A DNA stretch of 64,000 nt. Source: Gemmatimonadales bacterium. GTDB taxonomy: Bacteria; Gemmatimonadota; Gemmatimonadetes; Gemmatimonadales; GWC2-71-9. The stretch covers positions 2,381 to 66,380 of the forward strand of contig DATGVZ010000083.1 of assembly GCA_035299765.1 (NCBI GenBank). Reading direction: 5' to 3'. A model generated the notes under the pieces. That model ran no database searches and was not told where the DNA came from. It worked only from the letters and a program-made list of their open reading frames with translations. Position numbers and translations under genes: made by a program. Shown piece after piece: positions 28,806 to 37,605 of the stretch. Each line of letters opens with the position of its first letter. The stretch's first letter is position 1.

Positions 28806-30118
28806 GCTGCCACTGCCTGGGGCCACTGACGCAGCGGCGTCCCAAGACGCAGCGCGACACACACGGCCACCACAAAAAACGTGATGGGTTCGTATGCAAT
28901 CGAGAGGAAGAAGCCGCCGACGAGCAGCGCAACCATGCCTCCGAGGGCGGCCTCCGCGAGGCTGGCTTCTTGCCTGGCAACCTCGACCCCTCGCGCGGCA
29001 AGCTGACGGGCGACTTTGCGAAGTCGGCGGCTGGCCGCGGCCGCTACCCAGAGCAGCCGCACGAATGCAACCAGTCCGAACACGCCGAGCTCGGCACCGA
29101 CCTGGATGAAGACGTTATGGGCCGCCGAATACTTCACTCCATATCCCACATTCTCCTTACCACTGAGCACGCCCTCGGCAACCCCAAAGTTCTGCGCGCC
29201 CACACCCAGGAACGGCCGCCGTGCCATGTAGGACAGGCCTCGTTTCCACACGTTCACGCGGCCTTCGCGGAATGTGTAATTGTAGTCTTCTGTCGGATGG
29301 AGGATCGTGGAGAAACGCTCGCGAATCGCGGGCCCCGCCGTCAGCATCACGACCGCGGCTCCACTCGCGATCGCCAGCCCGACGATCACACGGCGACGTC
29401 CCGGTACCTGAACCAGCAACCAGCACGCCAGCAGCACAAGGCCAAGAAATCCGGCTCGCGATCCCGTCTTGACGATACCGCCCACCATCAAGAGTGTCCC
29501 CGCGATCCCGACGATTTTCCAGATCCCGCGATCGCTGACGAGCTGCAGCGCAAAGGGAATCACAACCAGCAGGTGGACTGCCGATTCGTTGGGATCGAGT
29601 GCCTGCCCGACGTACGCTCTGCCGCCGAGCACTTTGGCTGCACCCGCAAGGAGGGTGACCGCGACTACGCTTTCGAACACCACCAACGTTCGCAGCGAGG
29701 TTCGCAGGGTCCGACGATCACACCACCCCGTCATGGCAATCACGAAGAAGAGCAGGGTCTTCCAGAATTCCTGCGTGAGGAAGGCAACGCTGTTGCCGGG
29801 CCACACTGCCCCCGGGACGGACAGGATTGCCAGCAGAAGAATCACTCCGACACACGCGACCGCCGGAGTCCGCAGCACCGTCACCAGTGCGCGTCCCCGG
29901 ATGACCGTCAGCGCGCTCACCAGCAAGAGCACTCCGATGACTTTCGCCGGCTGCAGCCGATCCATGAGGGGCACGATCTCGTGAATCTTGGTGAGCGCGA
30001 GGACGGTGTAGGTGGCCAGTAGCCCGCGAAACACCTCGATCGCGCCTCGCTCCCGCGGCGGGGAGCGCTCCGCGGGCCGGGCGGGAACGAAGAACTCACC
30101 CGCTGGCAGGGACGTCAT
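28802..30118 (-). CDS. O-antigen ligase/polymerase family membrane protein (Wzy_C-type)
   Basis: Start ATG 30118 (MTSLPAGEFF). It has about 10 or more hydrophobic helices and a GSRAGFLGLVLLACW loop motif typical of the O-antigen ligase-like family. Confidence 0.7.
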   Translation of the reverse strand: MTSLPAGEFFVPARPAERSPPRERGAIEVFRGLLATYTVLALTKIHEIVPLMDRLQPAKVIGVLLLVSALTVIRGRALVTVLRTPAVACVGVILLLAILSVPGAVWPGNSVAFLTQEFWKTLLFFVIAMTGWCDRRTLRTSLRTLVVFESVVAVTLLAGAAKVLGGRAYVGQALDPNESAVHLLVVIPFALQLVSDRGIWKIVGIAGTLLMVGGIVKTGSRAGFLGLVLLACWLLVQVPGRRRVIVGLAIASGAAVVMLTAGPAIRERFSTILHPTEDYNYTFREGRVNVWKRGLSYMARRPFLGVGAQNFGVAEGVLSGKENVGYGVKYSAAHNVFIQVGAELGVFGLVAFVRLLWVAAAASRRLRKVARQLAARGVEVARQEASLAEAALGGMVALLVGGFFLSIAYEPITFFVVAVCVALRLGTPLRQWPQAVAA

Positions 30119-31293
30119 GTAGGGGCTCCCGGTCCTCTCGCATCGATCCACACGTCCCAACGACCGCGCATGGCATTCGCCGCCGCCATTATCAGCGCGG
30201 CGCACAGCACGACAGCACTGCGCGCGGTCCCCATGAAACCGATTCCTGGTCCCTGAGGGGACGGGCGCGGGGACGGGTGGTGACGTGGCGTGCGGCGGTT
30301 GCGGCTGACCTTCCAGCCGAGCGTCACGACAACAAGTCCGAGAGCGCCCGCGAGCGCGTCCCAGGGGCCGACGATGAGGAGCCCTCCCGCGATCACGCAA
30401 CCGACAGCGAGCGGCGTCATCAGCCGCAGCACCTTGTGGGACATGAATTGCCACCAGATCCGGTTCCGGCTCGGAAGGAGCAACGAGGGCATCCACGAGA
30501 TCAGCTGATAGTTACCGGTCAGTGTCCGCACTTTCCGCGCGAGCTCAATCGCATCGGACGGGGACCGAGTGTCGGTCGCGACAGCGCTGAGGGCGAAGCC
30601 CACTCGCTTACCGGCGCGGACCACCTGAAACGGCACCCACACGTCATCCAGCAGCAGTCCGCGCGGCAGCGGACGCCAGAATTCGCGCTTCAACGCGTAT
30701 AACGCGCCGCTGACGCCGACCGCACTGTCCAACGCCGCTTCGCGACAGCGCAGCCGGCGCTCCAGTCGCCAGTACCGCTCGTACAGGCTCTCACCGCCTG
30801 CCGGCGTCTCAATCTCCAGCGCCCCTGAGACCGCGCCCATGTCTGGAGACGCGAGGACGTCGACGAGCGCCTCCACCGCACCGGGTGCGATCTGCTGCCG
30901 CACGTCCGTAAATACGAGCACGTCACCGCGCGACAGCTCCACGGCACGATTGAGCGCGACCGCCTTGCCTTGTCGCTGCGGCAGTACCTCAACCCTCACG
31001 CGGCGGTCGGAGATTTCTGCCAGCCCGCTAGTTGCTGCCGCGTCCGGCCCGTCCACCACGACGATGATCTCCGCTGGCAGAGTGATCGTTTGGAGCAGGT
31101 TCCGGACCTTCCCGGCGAGATTTCCGCCCCCGGCGGCAATGATGACAGAAATGAGCTGCGGTCTGGAACGACCCGACGGTGAGGGAGGACGCTCTGGCAG
31201 TCGGCTCACGATCCATGGGTAGCCGACGTAGGTATAGAGCAAATGCACAGCCCCGAGCCCGAAAAGCGTGATGCCCCAGGAGCTCCCTGTCAT
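30115..31293 (-). CDS. membrane-anchored glycosyltransferase family 2
   Basis: Start ATG 31293 (MTGSSWGITLFGLGAVHLLY). GT-A core ISVIIAAGGG...IIVVVDGPD...GKAVALNRAVELSRGDVLVFTDV, followed by C-terminal TM helices. Confidence 0.75.
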   Translation of the reverse strand: MTGSSWGITLFGLGAVHLLYTYVGYPWIVSRLPERPPSPSGRSRPQLISVIIAAGGGNLAGKVRNLLQTITLPAEIIVVVDGPDAAATSGLAEISDRRVRVEVLPQRQGKAVALNRAVELSRGDVLVFTDVRQQIAPGAVEALVDVLASPDMGAVSGALEIETPAGGESLYERYWRLERRLRCREAALDSAVGVSGALYALKREFWRPLPRGLLLDDVWVPFQVVRAGKRVGFALSAVATDTRSPSDAIELARKVRTLTGNYQLISWMPSLLLPSRNRIWWQFMSHKVLRLMTPLAVGCVIAGGLLIVGPWDALAGALGLVVVTLGWKVSRNRRTPRHHPSPRPSPQGPGIGFMGTARSAVVLCAALIMAAANAMRGRWDVWIDARGPGAPT

Positions 31294-32396
31294 GAGTGTG
31301 GCCTCACTGCAACACTCGTGACCCGTCGATACACTTGGCGCCATCCCTGCTTGGCTTGTGACCAGCGATAGCGGGCACACTCGCGCCGGGCCTCGGCCGC
31401 GAGCCGGCCCGCAAGTCCCGGCTCGCGCAGCACACGCAGCACCGCGGCTGCCAGGGCAGCAGGCCGGTCCACGGGGACGAGGAGTCCGGTCCGCCCGTCC
31501 TCGACGATGCGCGGAATCCCTCCTGCCGCGGTCGTGACAACCGGGACGCCGGCAGCAAACGCCTCGATAATGACATGGGGCATGTTGTCGACGCGGGAGC
31601 TGTTTACGAGAATGCCGCCCTGCGCGAGCACGGCGGGCATCGCGCGGTGCGGCACTTCACCATGGAACTGCACGTCCGAGAGACCGAGATCCCCGACGGC
31701 GCGGCGCAGTGCGCGCGCAGCGGTTCCGCCGCCATAGATGTCCAGCACGGCGTCAGGGGCCTCGGACTTGAGGAGGGCAAAGGCACGCAGCGTATTGTCG
31801 ATGCCGTACAAAGGTTCGAGCAGACGGGCGGACACGAGGCGCGGGCGGACACGCTCCGGGCGGCGGTAGCTGAAGGCGCTCGTATCGACCACGTTGGTCA
31901 CGACAACGCCGTCGATGCCGTGGCGGCGAAAAACCTCCTGCAGATATGTGGACGGAAACACGAGGACTGCCGCGCGCCGTGCCGCCCAGCGCAGCAGCGG
32001 CCCCCACCAGCGGAAGTGTGCCTCGGCGCGGCCGTCGTGATAGTTCAGGACGACTGGTCGCCGCCGTAGCCTCGCAATCACCACGGCGGGCAGCGCCCCG
32101 AAGAGGAACGCCGTGTGAGCGGCCGCGAACACGTGTATCACATCGGCTCGTGCCGCGGCGCGGATCAGTCCACCGCAATACAGCAAGGGCCGAATCACGG
32201 AGCGAATGAACTTCCATTCTGTCAGGCCGCGCAGCACACCCGATAGCCGTGGATCGATCGGCTGCAGCTCGATCGAGATCTCGGGATCCTTGGTGAACCC
32301 GCGCACGATATCGCCGGCGGCGCGCGCGTGACCGCCTACCGCTCTCCCGGGAGCGGCAATCACAACGTGCAGGCGACGCTGCGACGAGGCAGCCAT
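31290..32396 (-). CDS. glycosyltransferase family 4
   Basis: Motifs LHVVIAAPGRAVGGHA and NSSRVDNMPHVIIEAFAAGVPVVTTAAGGIPRIVEDGRTG (EX7E). Confidence 0.8.
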   Translation of the reverse strand: MAASSQRRLHVVIAAPGRAVGGHARAAGDIVRGFTKDPEISIELQPIDPRLSGVLRGLTEWKFIRSVIRPLLYCGGLIRAAARADVIHVFAAAHTAFLFGALPAVVIARLRRRPVVLNYHDGRAEAHFRWWGPLLRWAARRAAVLVFPSTYLQEVFRRHGIDGVVVTNVVDTSAFSYRRPERVRPRLVSARLLEPLYGIDNTLRAFALLKSEAPDAVLDIYGGGTAARALRRAVGDLGLSDVQFHGEVPHRAMPAVLAQGGILVNSSRVDNMPHVIIEAFAAGVPVVTTAAGGIPRIVEDGRTGLLVPVDRPAALAAAVLRVLREPGLAGRLAAEARRECARYRWSQAKQGWRQVYRRVTSVAVRPHS

Positions 32397-32416
32397 ATCC
32401 AGCCACGCAACCGGGT

Positions 32417-33415
32417 TTATGAAACGGCCGCCGTCATGCCGACTGCACGTACTGACGTTCTCCGCGTCGCCACCAACGACAACCAGGTACGTCGCAGCCC
32501 ATCCTCCATCGACACGCGAGGCTTAAACCCGAGTACGCCCTCGGCTCGCTCGAGGTTCGCCAGGGAATCGCGCACATCGCCCGCTCGCGCTGCGAATGAG
32601 GCGAATTGCAGCGCATGACCCGTCACACTCCCGATCATGCTGATCAGCTCCACCAGCGATGTACGTTTTCCCGCGCCGATATTGACGACGCGGCCATTGG
32701 CGCGCTCCGAGGGCGCCGTGGCGGCGAGCACGTTTGCGTCGACCACGTTGTCGACGTAAATGAAATCGCGGGTCTGCCGCCCGTCGCCATACAGCGCGGC
32801 CGGCCGCTGCTCGACCACGGCCTGTAGGAAATTCGGGATCACCGCAGCATACGCCGATTTTGGAGACTGACGCGGCCCGAATACGTTGAAGTAGCGCAGC
32901 GCGACGCCTTCCAACATGCCGGCGCGCGCGAACGCGAGAACGTATTGCTCCCCTGCCAGTTTGGACGCGGCGTAGGGCGAGCGCGGCAACGGCTCAGTCG
33001 CTTCGGCCCGTGCCTGATCATCCGCATCACCATAGACCGCGCTCGAGCTCGAATACACGACCCGGGGCACGCGCGCCGCTGCGCACGCCTCCAATAAGCG
33101 CATCGTGGCGTTCACATTGGCGTGGTGAGTCGCCCAGGGATTACGCAGCGAGTGCGGCACGCTGGCCAGCGCCGCGAGATGGAAAACCAGCTCGATTCCC
33201 GTCACCGCGCGGCGACAGACCTCCGGGTCGCACAGATCCCCCTCCAGGAAGTCGATCGCGTCGGCGACCGGCGTGAGGTTCGCGCGATCGCCGCTACTGA
33301 GGTTGTCGACGACGCGCACCGCGCAGCCCAGTCCGACGAGCCGTTCGGCGAGATGGGAGCCGATGAATCCGGCGCCCCCGGTAACCAGACAGGTCTTTCT
33401 TCTCATTGCTGGCAT
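32417..33415 (-). CDS. NAD-dependent nucleotide-sugar 4-epimerase (WbpP/GalE-like SDR)
   Basis: Motifs CLVTGGAGFIGSHLAERL and catalytic YAASK. The start is ATG 33415 or 33406. It is the first gene of the long - strand EPS operon. Confidence 0.85.
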   Translation of the reverse strand: MPAMRRKTCLVTGGAGFIGSHLAERLVGLGCAVRVVDNLSSGDRANLTPVADAIDFLEGDLCDPEVCRRAVTGIELVFHLAALASVPHSLRNPWATHHANVNATMRLLEACAAARVPRVVYSSSSAVYGDADDQARAEATEPLPRSPYAASKLAGEQYVLAFARAGMLEGVALRYFNVFGPRQSPKSAYAAVIPNFLQAVVEQRPAALYGDGRQTRDFIYVDNVVDANVLAATAPSERANGRVVNIGAGKRTSLVELISMIGSVTGHALQFASFAARAGDVRDSLANLERAEGVLGFKPRVSMEDGLRRTWLSLVATRRTSVRAVGMTAAVS

Positions 33416-33729
33416 CGCGCTCCCGCTTGCGCGCCTGTCTTGCAAGCCCGACGCCACCACGACCGCGCGAGGCGCACGCTGCTGCCGGCCTTTAAGCCAC
33501 GCCGAAGCAATGAGATATGTCGCCATCTGCTGTTCAGTCCCCGCGACTGAGACAGCCACGGGCTGTGGCAGCGACGAGACAGTTTACCGCGCGGTCCCTC
33601 GTGCGCTGTCGCTCCAACTTCTTGTCAATAGGTCGGTTAGAGCCGCTGCGCATGGCACCGCTCTTGCGACCCCCCATCCACCATTCACAGGGCCTCGGCA
33701 CGGAGGCTTCCAAGCGGAGGTGTAAGCGG

Positions 33730-34044
33730 ATGCGGCTTCCAATGCCCAGTCCGGATGTGATTTACAAGGCTGTAGACAACGGCGCGGTGCTGCTGTCCGT
33801 GAGCGACGAGGTCTATTACGGACTCAACGGCGTCGGCAGCTACATCTGGGAACATCTCCCGCCTGTCCTCGAAAATTTCGAGGCGCTCTGCGCGTCGGTC
33901 GGCGAGAAGTATCCCGACGCTTCCGCCGAGACGATTCGCGCAGACGTCCGCACGCTGCTCGAGGATCTCATGAGGCATGGGCTGGTGCGCACGCCAGCCG
34001 GCAGCGATGAAGTCGGTCAGCTTGAACCCGCGCGATTGGGTTGA
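33730..34044 (+). CDS. lasso peptide biosynthesis B1 protein (PqqD-family RiPP recognition element)
   Basis: Frame of ORF 33517..34044. ATG 33730 has GGAGG at 33716-33720; ATG 33742 is an alternative start. The PqqD-like pattern is VIYKAVDNGAVLLSVSDEVYYGLNGVGSYIWEHL...L...YPD......DV..LLEDL...GLV. Confidence 0.8.
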   Translation: MRLPMPSPDVIYKAVDNGAVLLSVSDEVYYGLNGVGSYIWEHLPPVLENFEALCASVGEKYPDASAETIRADVRTLLEDLMRHGLVRTPAGSDEVGQLEPARLG

Positions 34045-34438
34045 TCTCCTCGCTGCCCAGGCTGCTCTGGCTCGGGCTCAACTCCTGGTGTGGATCCGGC
34101 GCCCAGGGGCGCTCCTGACGCCGATGGTCGAGGCCCCGGCGGCGCCTGCGGACCCCGGCGCCGCTCTCCAGGCTGAGTGCGTTGCGCACGCCGTCTCGCG
34201 GGCGGCGCGGCATGGGTTGTTCCGGCCGAGCTGTCTCGTACGCGCGGTCGCGTTGCACCAGATGCTGCAGGCCCGCGGGTTGACCGGCAGCTCGCTGCGC
34301 GTCGGAGTCCGCCGCGAGGGCGCCGCATTTCTGGCTCATGCGTGGGTGGACTACCGCGGCATGGTGCTGGGCGAGGAGGAATGGCATGTGAAGCAGTTCG
34401 AGGAGTTGGCACGCATGGGCGTGCCGCGGACACAATGA
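34007..34438 (+). CDS. lasso peptide biosynthesis B2 protein (transglutaminase-core Cys protease)
   Basis: It carries RPSCLVRAVALHQMLQARGL...LRVGV......FLAHAWVDYRG, the Cys/His signature of the lasso leader peptidase. The start is ATG 34007 (MKSVSLNPRDW) or 33977. Either overlaps the B1 3-prime end. Confidence 0.8.
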   Translation: MKSVSLNPRDWVDLLAAQAALARAQLLVWIRRPGALLTPMVEAPAAPADPGAALQAECVAHAVSRAARHGLFRPSCLVRAVALHQMLQARGLTGSSLRVGVRREGAAFLAHAWVDYRGMVLGEEEWHVKQFEELARMGVPRTQ

Positions 34439-36447
34439 GCGGGATCTTCGGAGTCTTCACGCGCGATCGGGAGCCGATCGAGGACGTTGTGTCCGCGTCT
34501 TTGATCGCAGGCTTGGCGTCTCGCGGAAACGAGATCTCCTCGGTATGGCAGCTCAACGGAGCCGCGCTCGGCGTAACGCGTCGAGCGTGGGAGCGGGACA
34601 GTCCATTCAGCGGCGACGCTGGCGTTGTTTCGTGCGGCGACCTGACGATCGCGGCCGACGCCTCGCTGTATTATCGCCGTGAGCTGTGTGCCAAACTCGC
34701 AGCCGCCGGCGTGCACCCTGAAAGTGACACACCGAGCCACTTCATCGTCGCGGCCTATCGCGCGTGGGGGCGCGAATGTCTGCGACAGCTCGAAGGGGAC
34801 TACGCGTTCATTCTTTGGGACGCGCGGCGGCGCGAGATCTTTTGCGCGCGGGACTTCGCCGGCACCCGGCCACTCTTCTACCTGAAGACGGGCCGCCGTG
34901 TGGTCCTCGCCTCCACGCTTGCGGCGCTCCGCGCCGTGCCTGATTGCCCGCCGCAGTACAACGCCGCATACCTCGGCGAAACCGCTGCGAATCTGTGGCT
35001 CGCGGCAGACGAAACAGCGTACACCGCCCTCACAGCGCTGCCCGCTGGGTTCGCGCTGTCGACCACCCCTGGCGGTGCTGTCGTCACCTATCGTGCCTGG
35101 AGTCCGCCGGCCATCGACACGGCTGGTTCACCGTCATTCGAAGATGCCGCCTTGGAGCTCCGGGAGAAGCTCGCTCGCGCCGTCGGAGAACGCCTGAGTG
35201 GTGCGCGAGTCACAACGGTATGGATGAGCGGCGGCCGAGATTCCACCGCGATTTTTGGTGTGGGGCAGCGCGAGCTACGGGGCCAGGACCACCCGACGCG
35301 ACTCCTGCCGGTATCGATGAGCTATCCAATTGGCCATCGTGGTCGCGAGGACGAATTCATCACCGCTGTAGCAGGGTTCTGGGATGTCCCGGTGCAGTGG
35401 CTGAGCAGCGCGGACGTGCCATTCCTTGCGGATCCTGAACAGCAGGCGCGGCCGCGCGACGAGCCCTACGCCCCTCCCCACGAGATGATGAGTCGCGCAC
35501 TCGCGCGCGGCAGCGGCGGCGTGGGTGCCCGCATCGCGCTCGATGGGTGGGGCGGCGATCAGCTGTTTGAGCTGTCTCCCATTTACCTCGCCGATCTGTT
35601 CCGCCGCGGCCGTTGGTTGCAGCTGCGCCGCGAATGGAGCCGGCTGCAAATTCGGAACCGACGCTTTTTCCTGCAGTCGGCGATCGTGCCGACAATTCCG
35701 CCGGCGATTCGCGCGTTAGCTGGACTGCGCGGCGACCTCGAGCGCCGCATCCCTGATTGGATCGTGCCCCGTTGCGCGAAGCAGCTACGTGCGCGACAGC
35801 CGTCCCACCTGCCCCTGCGCGGAGGTGCGTCGTTTGCGGATCACGAGCTCTACATCGCTCTGACCGCCGACACCGCGGCGCGCGTCCGCGGCTGGCTGTC
35901 GGCGATCGCGCTCGATGAGGGGGTGGAGGTCCGCTCGCCGCTGTACGACTCCCGAATCATCGAGCTGGCGGTACGGAGACCGGCAGAGGAGCGCCGTTCC
36001 GGACGCGATACGAAGTTGTTGTTACGCGCCGCACTGCGCGGCCTCTTGCCCGAAGCGGTTCTCGCCCCACGCAAAGATCGCACGGGACTGGCTGGGGATC
36101 ATTTCCGCGCTGCGATGCAGTCGACGTTCCCGACGCTACTGCGGGAACTGCGCGATGCATCGGTGCTCGCGGACTTGGGCATCATCGACCCCGGTGCGCT
36201 ACGTCGCGCCGCCGATGATTGCCTCCTCCATTCCTGGAATGACGAGATCGCCGCCGCCCTGTTCTTCACGGTGCAAACGGAGCTGTGGCTCCGCGGTGTC
36301 GATCGCAAGGCGACTCACGATGATGGCCAACGGTTGGCCGTCCTTTCGCCAGGCGAGCGGCCTGGCAACGCCCCGCAGCCGGGAGGTAACAGGTGTACGA
36401 AACCCCGAAACTCGAGCGCTTCGGAACTTTTCGGGATCTCACGATGA
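34435..36447 (+). CDS. lasso peptide cyclase (asparagine synthetase-like lactam synthetase, C protein)
   Basis: Frame of ORF 34177..36447. ATG 34435 is in an ATGA overlap with the B2 stop. It starts MSGIFGVF, so it has no Cys2, as is typical for lasso cyclases. The PP-loop is VWMSGGRDSTAIF. A non-conserved-looking C-terminal tail overlaps the precursor leader. Confidence 0.85.
   Translation: MSGIFGVFTRDREPIEDVVSASLIAGLASRGNEISSVWQLNGAALGVTRRAWERDSPFSGDAGVVSCGDLTIAADASLYYRRELCAKLAAAGVHPESDTPSHFIVAAYRAWGRECLRQLEGDYAFILWDARRREIFCARDFAGTRPLFYLKTGRRVVLASTLAALRAVPDCPPQYNAAYLGETAANLWLAADETAYTALTALPAGFALSTTPGGAVVTYRAWSPPAIDTAGSPSFEDAALELREKLARAVGERLSGARVTTVWMSGGRDSTAIFGVGQRELRGQDHPTRLLPVSMSYPIGHRGREDEFITAVAGFWDVPVQWLSSADVPFLADPEQQARPRDEPYAPPHEMMSRALARGSGGVGARIALDGWGGDQLFELSPIYLADLFRRGRWLQLRREWSRLQIRNRRFFLQSAIVPTIPPAIRALAGLRGDLERRIPDWIVPRCAKQLRARQPSHLPLRGGASFADHELYIALTADTAARVRGWLSAIALDEGVEVRSPLYDSRIIELAVRRPAEERRSGRDTKLLLRAALRGLLPEAVLAPRKDRTGLAGDHFRAAMQSTFPTLLRELRDASVLADLGIIDPGALRRAADDCLLHSWNDEIAAALFFTVQTELWLRGVDRKATHDDGQRLAVLSPGERPGNAPQPGGNRCTKPRNSSASELFGISR
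36381..36386 (+). promoter_or_regulatory. Shine-Dalgarno (GGGAGG) for the lasso precursor gene
   Basis: GGGAGG lies 6 nt upstream of GTG 36393. The in-frame TAA at 36387-36389 excludes any more upstream start. Confidence 0.6.
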
Positions 36448-36509
36448 CCGTATTGGGACCCGGGACCCAGGACTTGCTCATGGGCGGGAATATTCTCTCG
36501 AGTTCGTAG
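36393..36509 (+). CDS. lasso peptide precursor (A peptide), 38 aa: MYETPKLERFGTFRDLTM-TVLGPGTQDLLMGGNILSSS
   Basis: Hand translation. It has a GTG start with a strong SD. The leader has Tyr-17, Pro-14, Leu-12 and Thr-2 when cleaved after Met18. The core has a single acidic residue, at position 9. It sits immediately after the B1/B2/C genes and before the kinase. It is absent from the ORF track because it is shorter than 60 aa. Confidence 0.75.
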   Translation: MYETPKLERFGTFRDLTMTVLGPGTQDLLMGGNILSSS

Positions 36510-36573
36510 CTCGAAGGGTGCTGGGGGGGCGGGGCTGCGTTCCAGACCCTACCCCCTCGGTAGCTCTCTGCCG

Positions 36574-37605
36574 ATGCCCACGTATTCGATTTTTGGCGAT
36601 TGCCTGCGCTCGGAGATCACACTTCCGGAGTTGCGTCGCTCGCGTAAACACGCGCGCTGGACGCTGCGGATAGGCGTGATCCCCCCTCCGGCACTGTCCG
36701 ATGGCGCCGAGCTCTTGGGAAGCGAGACGGTGATGGATGGAGTGGACGTGCGGCTCTATCGCCTCGCCAACGGCTACCGCTTGCAGTACGACGACACGGG
36801 CTCGTTCGACATCTCTGCGGAGGGCCGCGAGATCGTCTGGTCGGGAAACGGGAATGGAAACGCTGCCAAGCTCCTCGACGCCGTCCGACTCGACGTCATT
36901 AATCGGGTATTGCCCGTGGCGCTGCACGCGGCCGGGACCCTCTGTCTCCATGGCAGCGCGGTGAGTCTAAACGGAAAGGCGATCGCTTTTCTTGCTCCCC
37001 GTTGCCACGGCAAATCCACGCTGGCACTCGCGCTCTCGCAAATCGGGGGGCGCATCCTGACGGATGATGCGCTGCCGGTGGAGCCCAGCGTGCCTGGCCG
37101 CGGCAGATCCGTGTCGGCGCGCCCTGGTGTGCACAGCGTGCGGCTCTTCGACGACACCGCGCGCGTCGTTCTCGGCGACCCACGGAATTGGAAACGAGTC
37201 GGCGCATACCCGCTGCCCCGGCGCGATGGCCACCTGCTTCCCGATGATCAGCCCGCGATCACGAAGCAGATTTTGCGCGGGATTCCGTTGCACAAGTTGA
37301 TGCTTCGGACAGTGCCGCTCGCGGCGATTTACGTGTTGCGACCGGTCCGCGGCGACGGAGACCGCCCCGTCCTCAGCCGCACGGCACTCGCGCCCGTACG
37401 CGCGGCATTGTCTCTCGTCGAGCACGCCAAGTCCGGCGCGCTGCTGGGGCGCTCCGAGGCGCCACGCTTACTGGACCGCGCCGTCACGATCGCACGCCAG
37501 GTCCCGGTCTACGTGCTCGAGATCGTTCGCGACCTGTCCCGCATCGATGAGGCCGCCCGGGAGCTCGCGGGGTGGCACGTCCGCACCAACGGCCGCTACG
37601 TATGA
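36574..37605 (+). CDS. HPr kinase-like P-loop kinase (lasso precursor Ser kinase type)
   Basis: It carries LCLHGSAVSLNGKAIAFLAPRCHGKSTLALAL...GGRILTDDALPVEP, the pattern of HprK-related kinases encoded in paeninodin-type lasso clusters. Confidence 0.75.
   Translation: MPTYSIFGDCLRSEITLPELRRSRKHARWTLRIGVIPPPALSDGAELLGSETVMDGVDVRLYRLANGYRLQYDDTGSFDISAEGREIVWSGNGNGNAAKLLDAVRLDVINRVLPVALHAAGTLCLHGSAVSLNGKAIAFLAPRCHGKSTLALALSQIGGRILTDDALPVEPSVPGRGRSVSARPGVHSVRLFDDTARVVLGDPRNWKRVGAYPLPRRDGHLLPDDQPAITKQILRGIPLHKLMLRTVPLAAIYVLRPVRGDGDRPVLSRTALAPVRAALSLVEHAKSGALLGRSEAPRLLDRAVTIARQVPVYVLEIVRDLSRIDEAARELAGWHVRTNGRYV

Noticed and set aside
33622-33627. TTGTCA as the -35 of a lasso operon promoter in the 314-nt divergent intergenic region
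   Set aside because: I could not find a -10-like hexamer at 16-18 nt spacing. Promoter consensus for this lineage is unknown to me, so no promoter feature is claimed.
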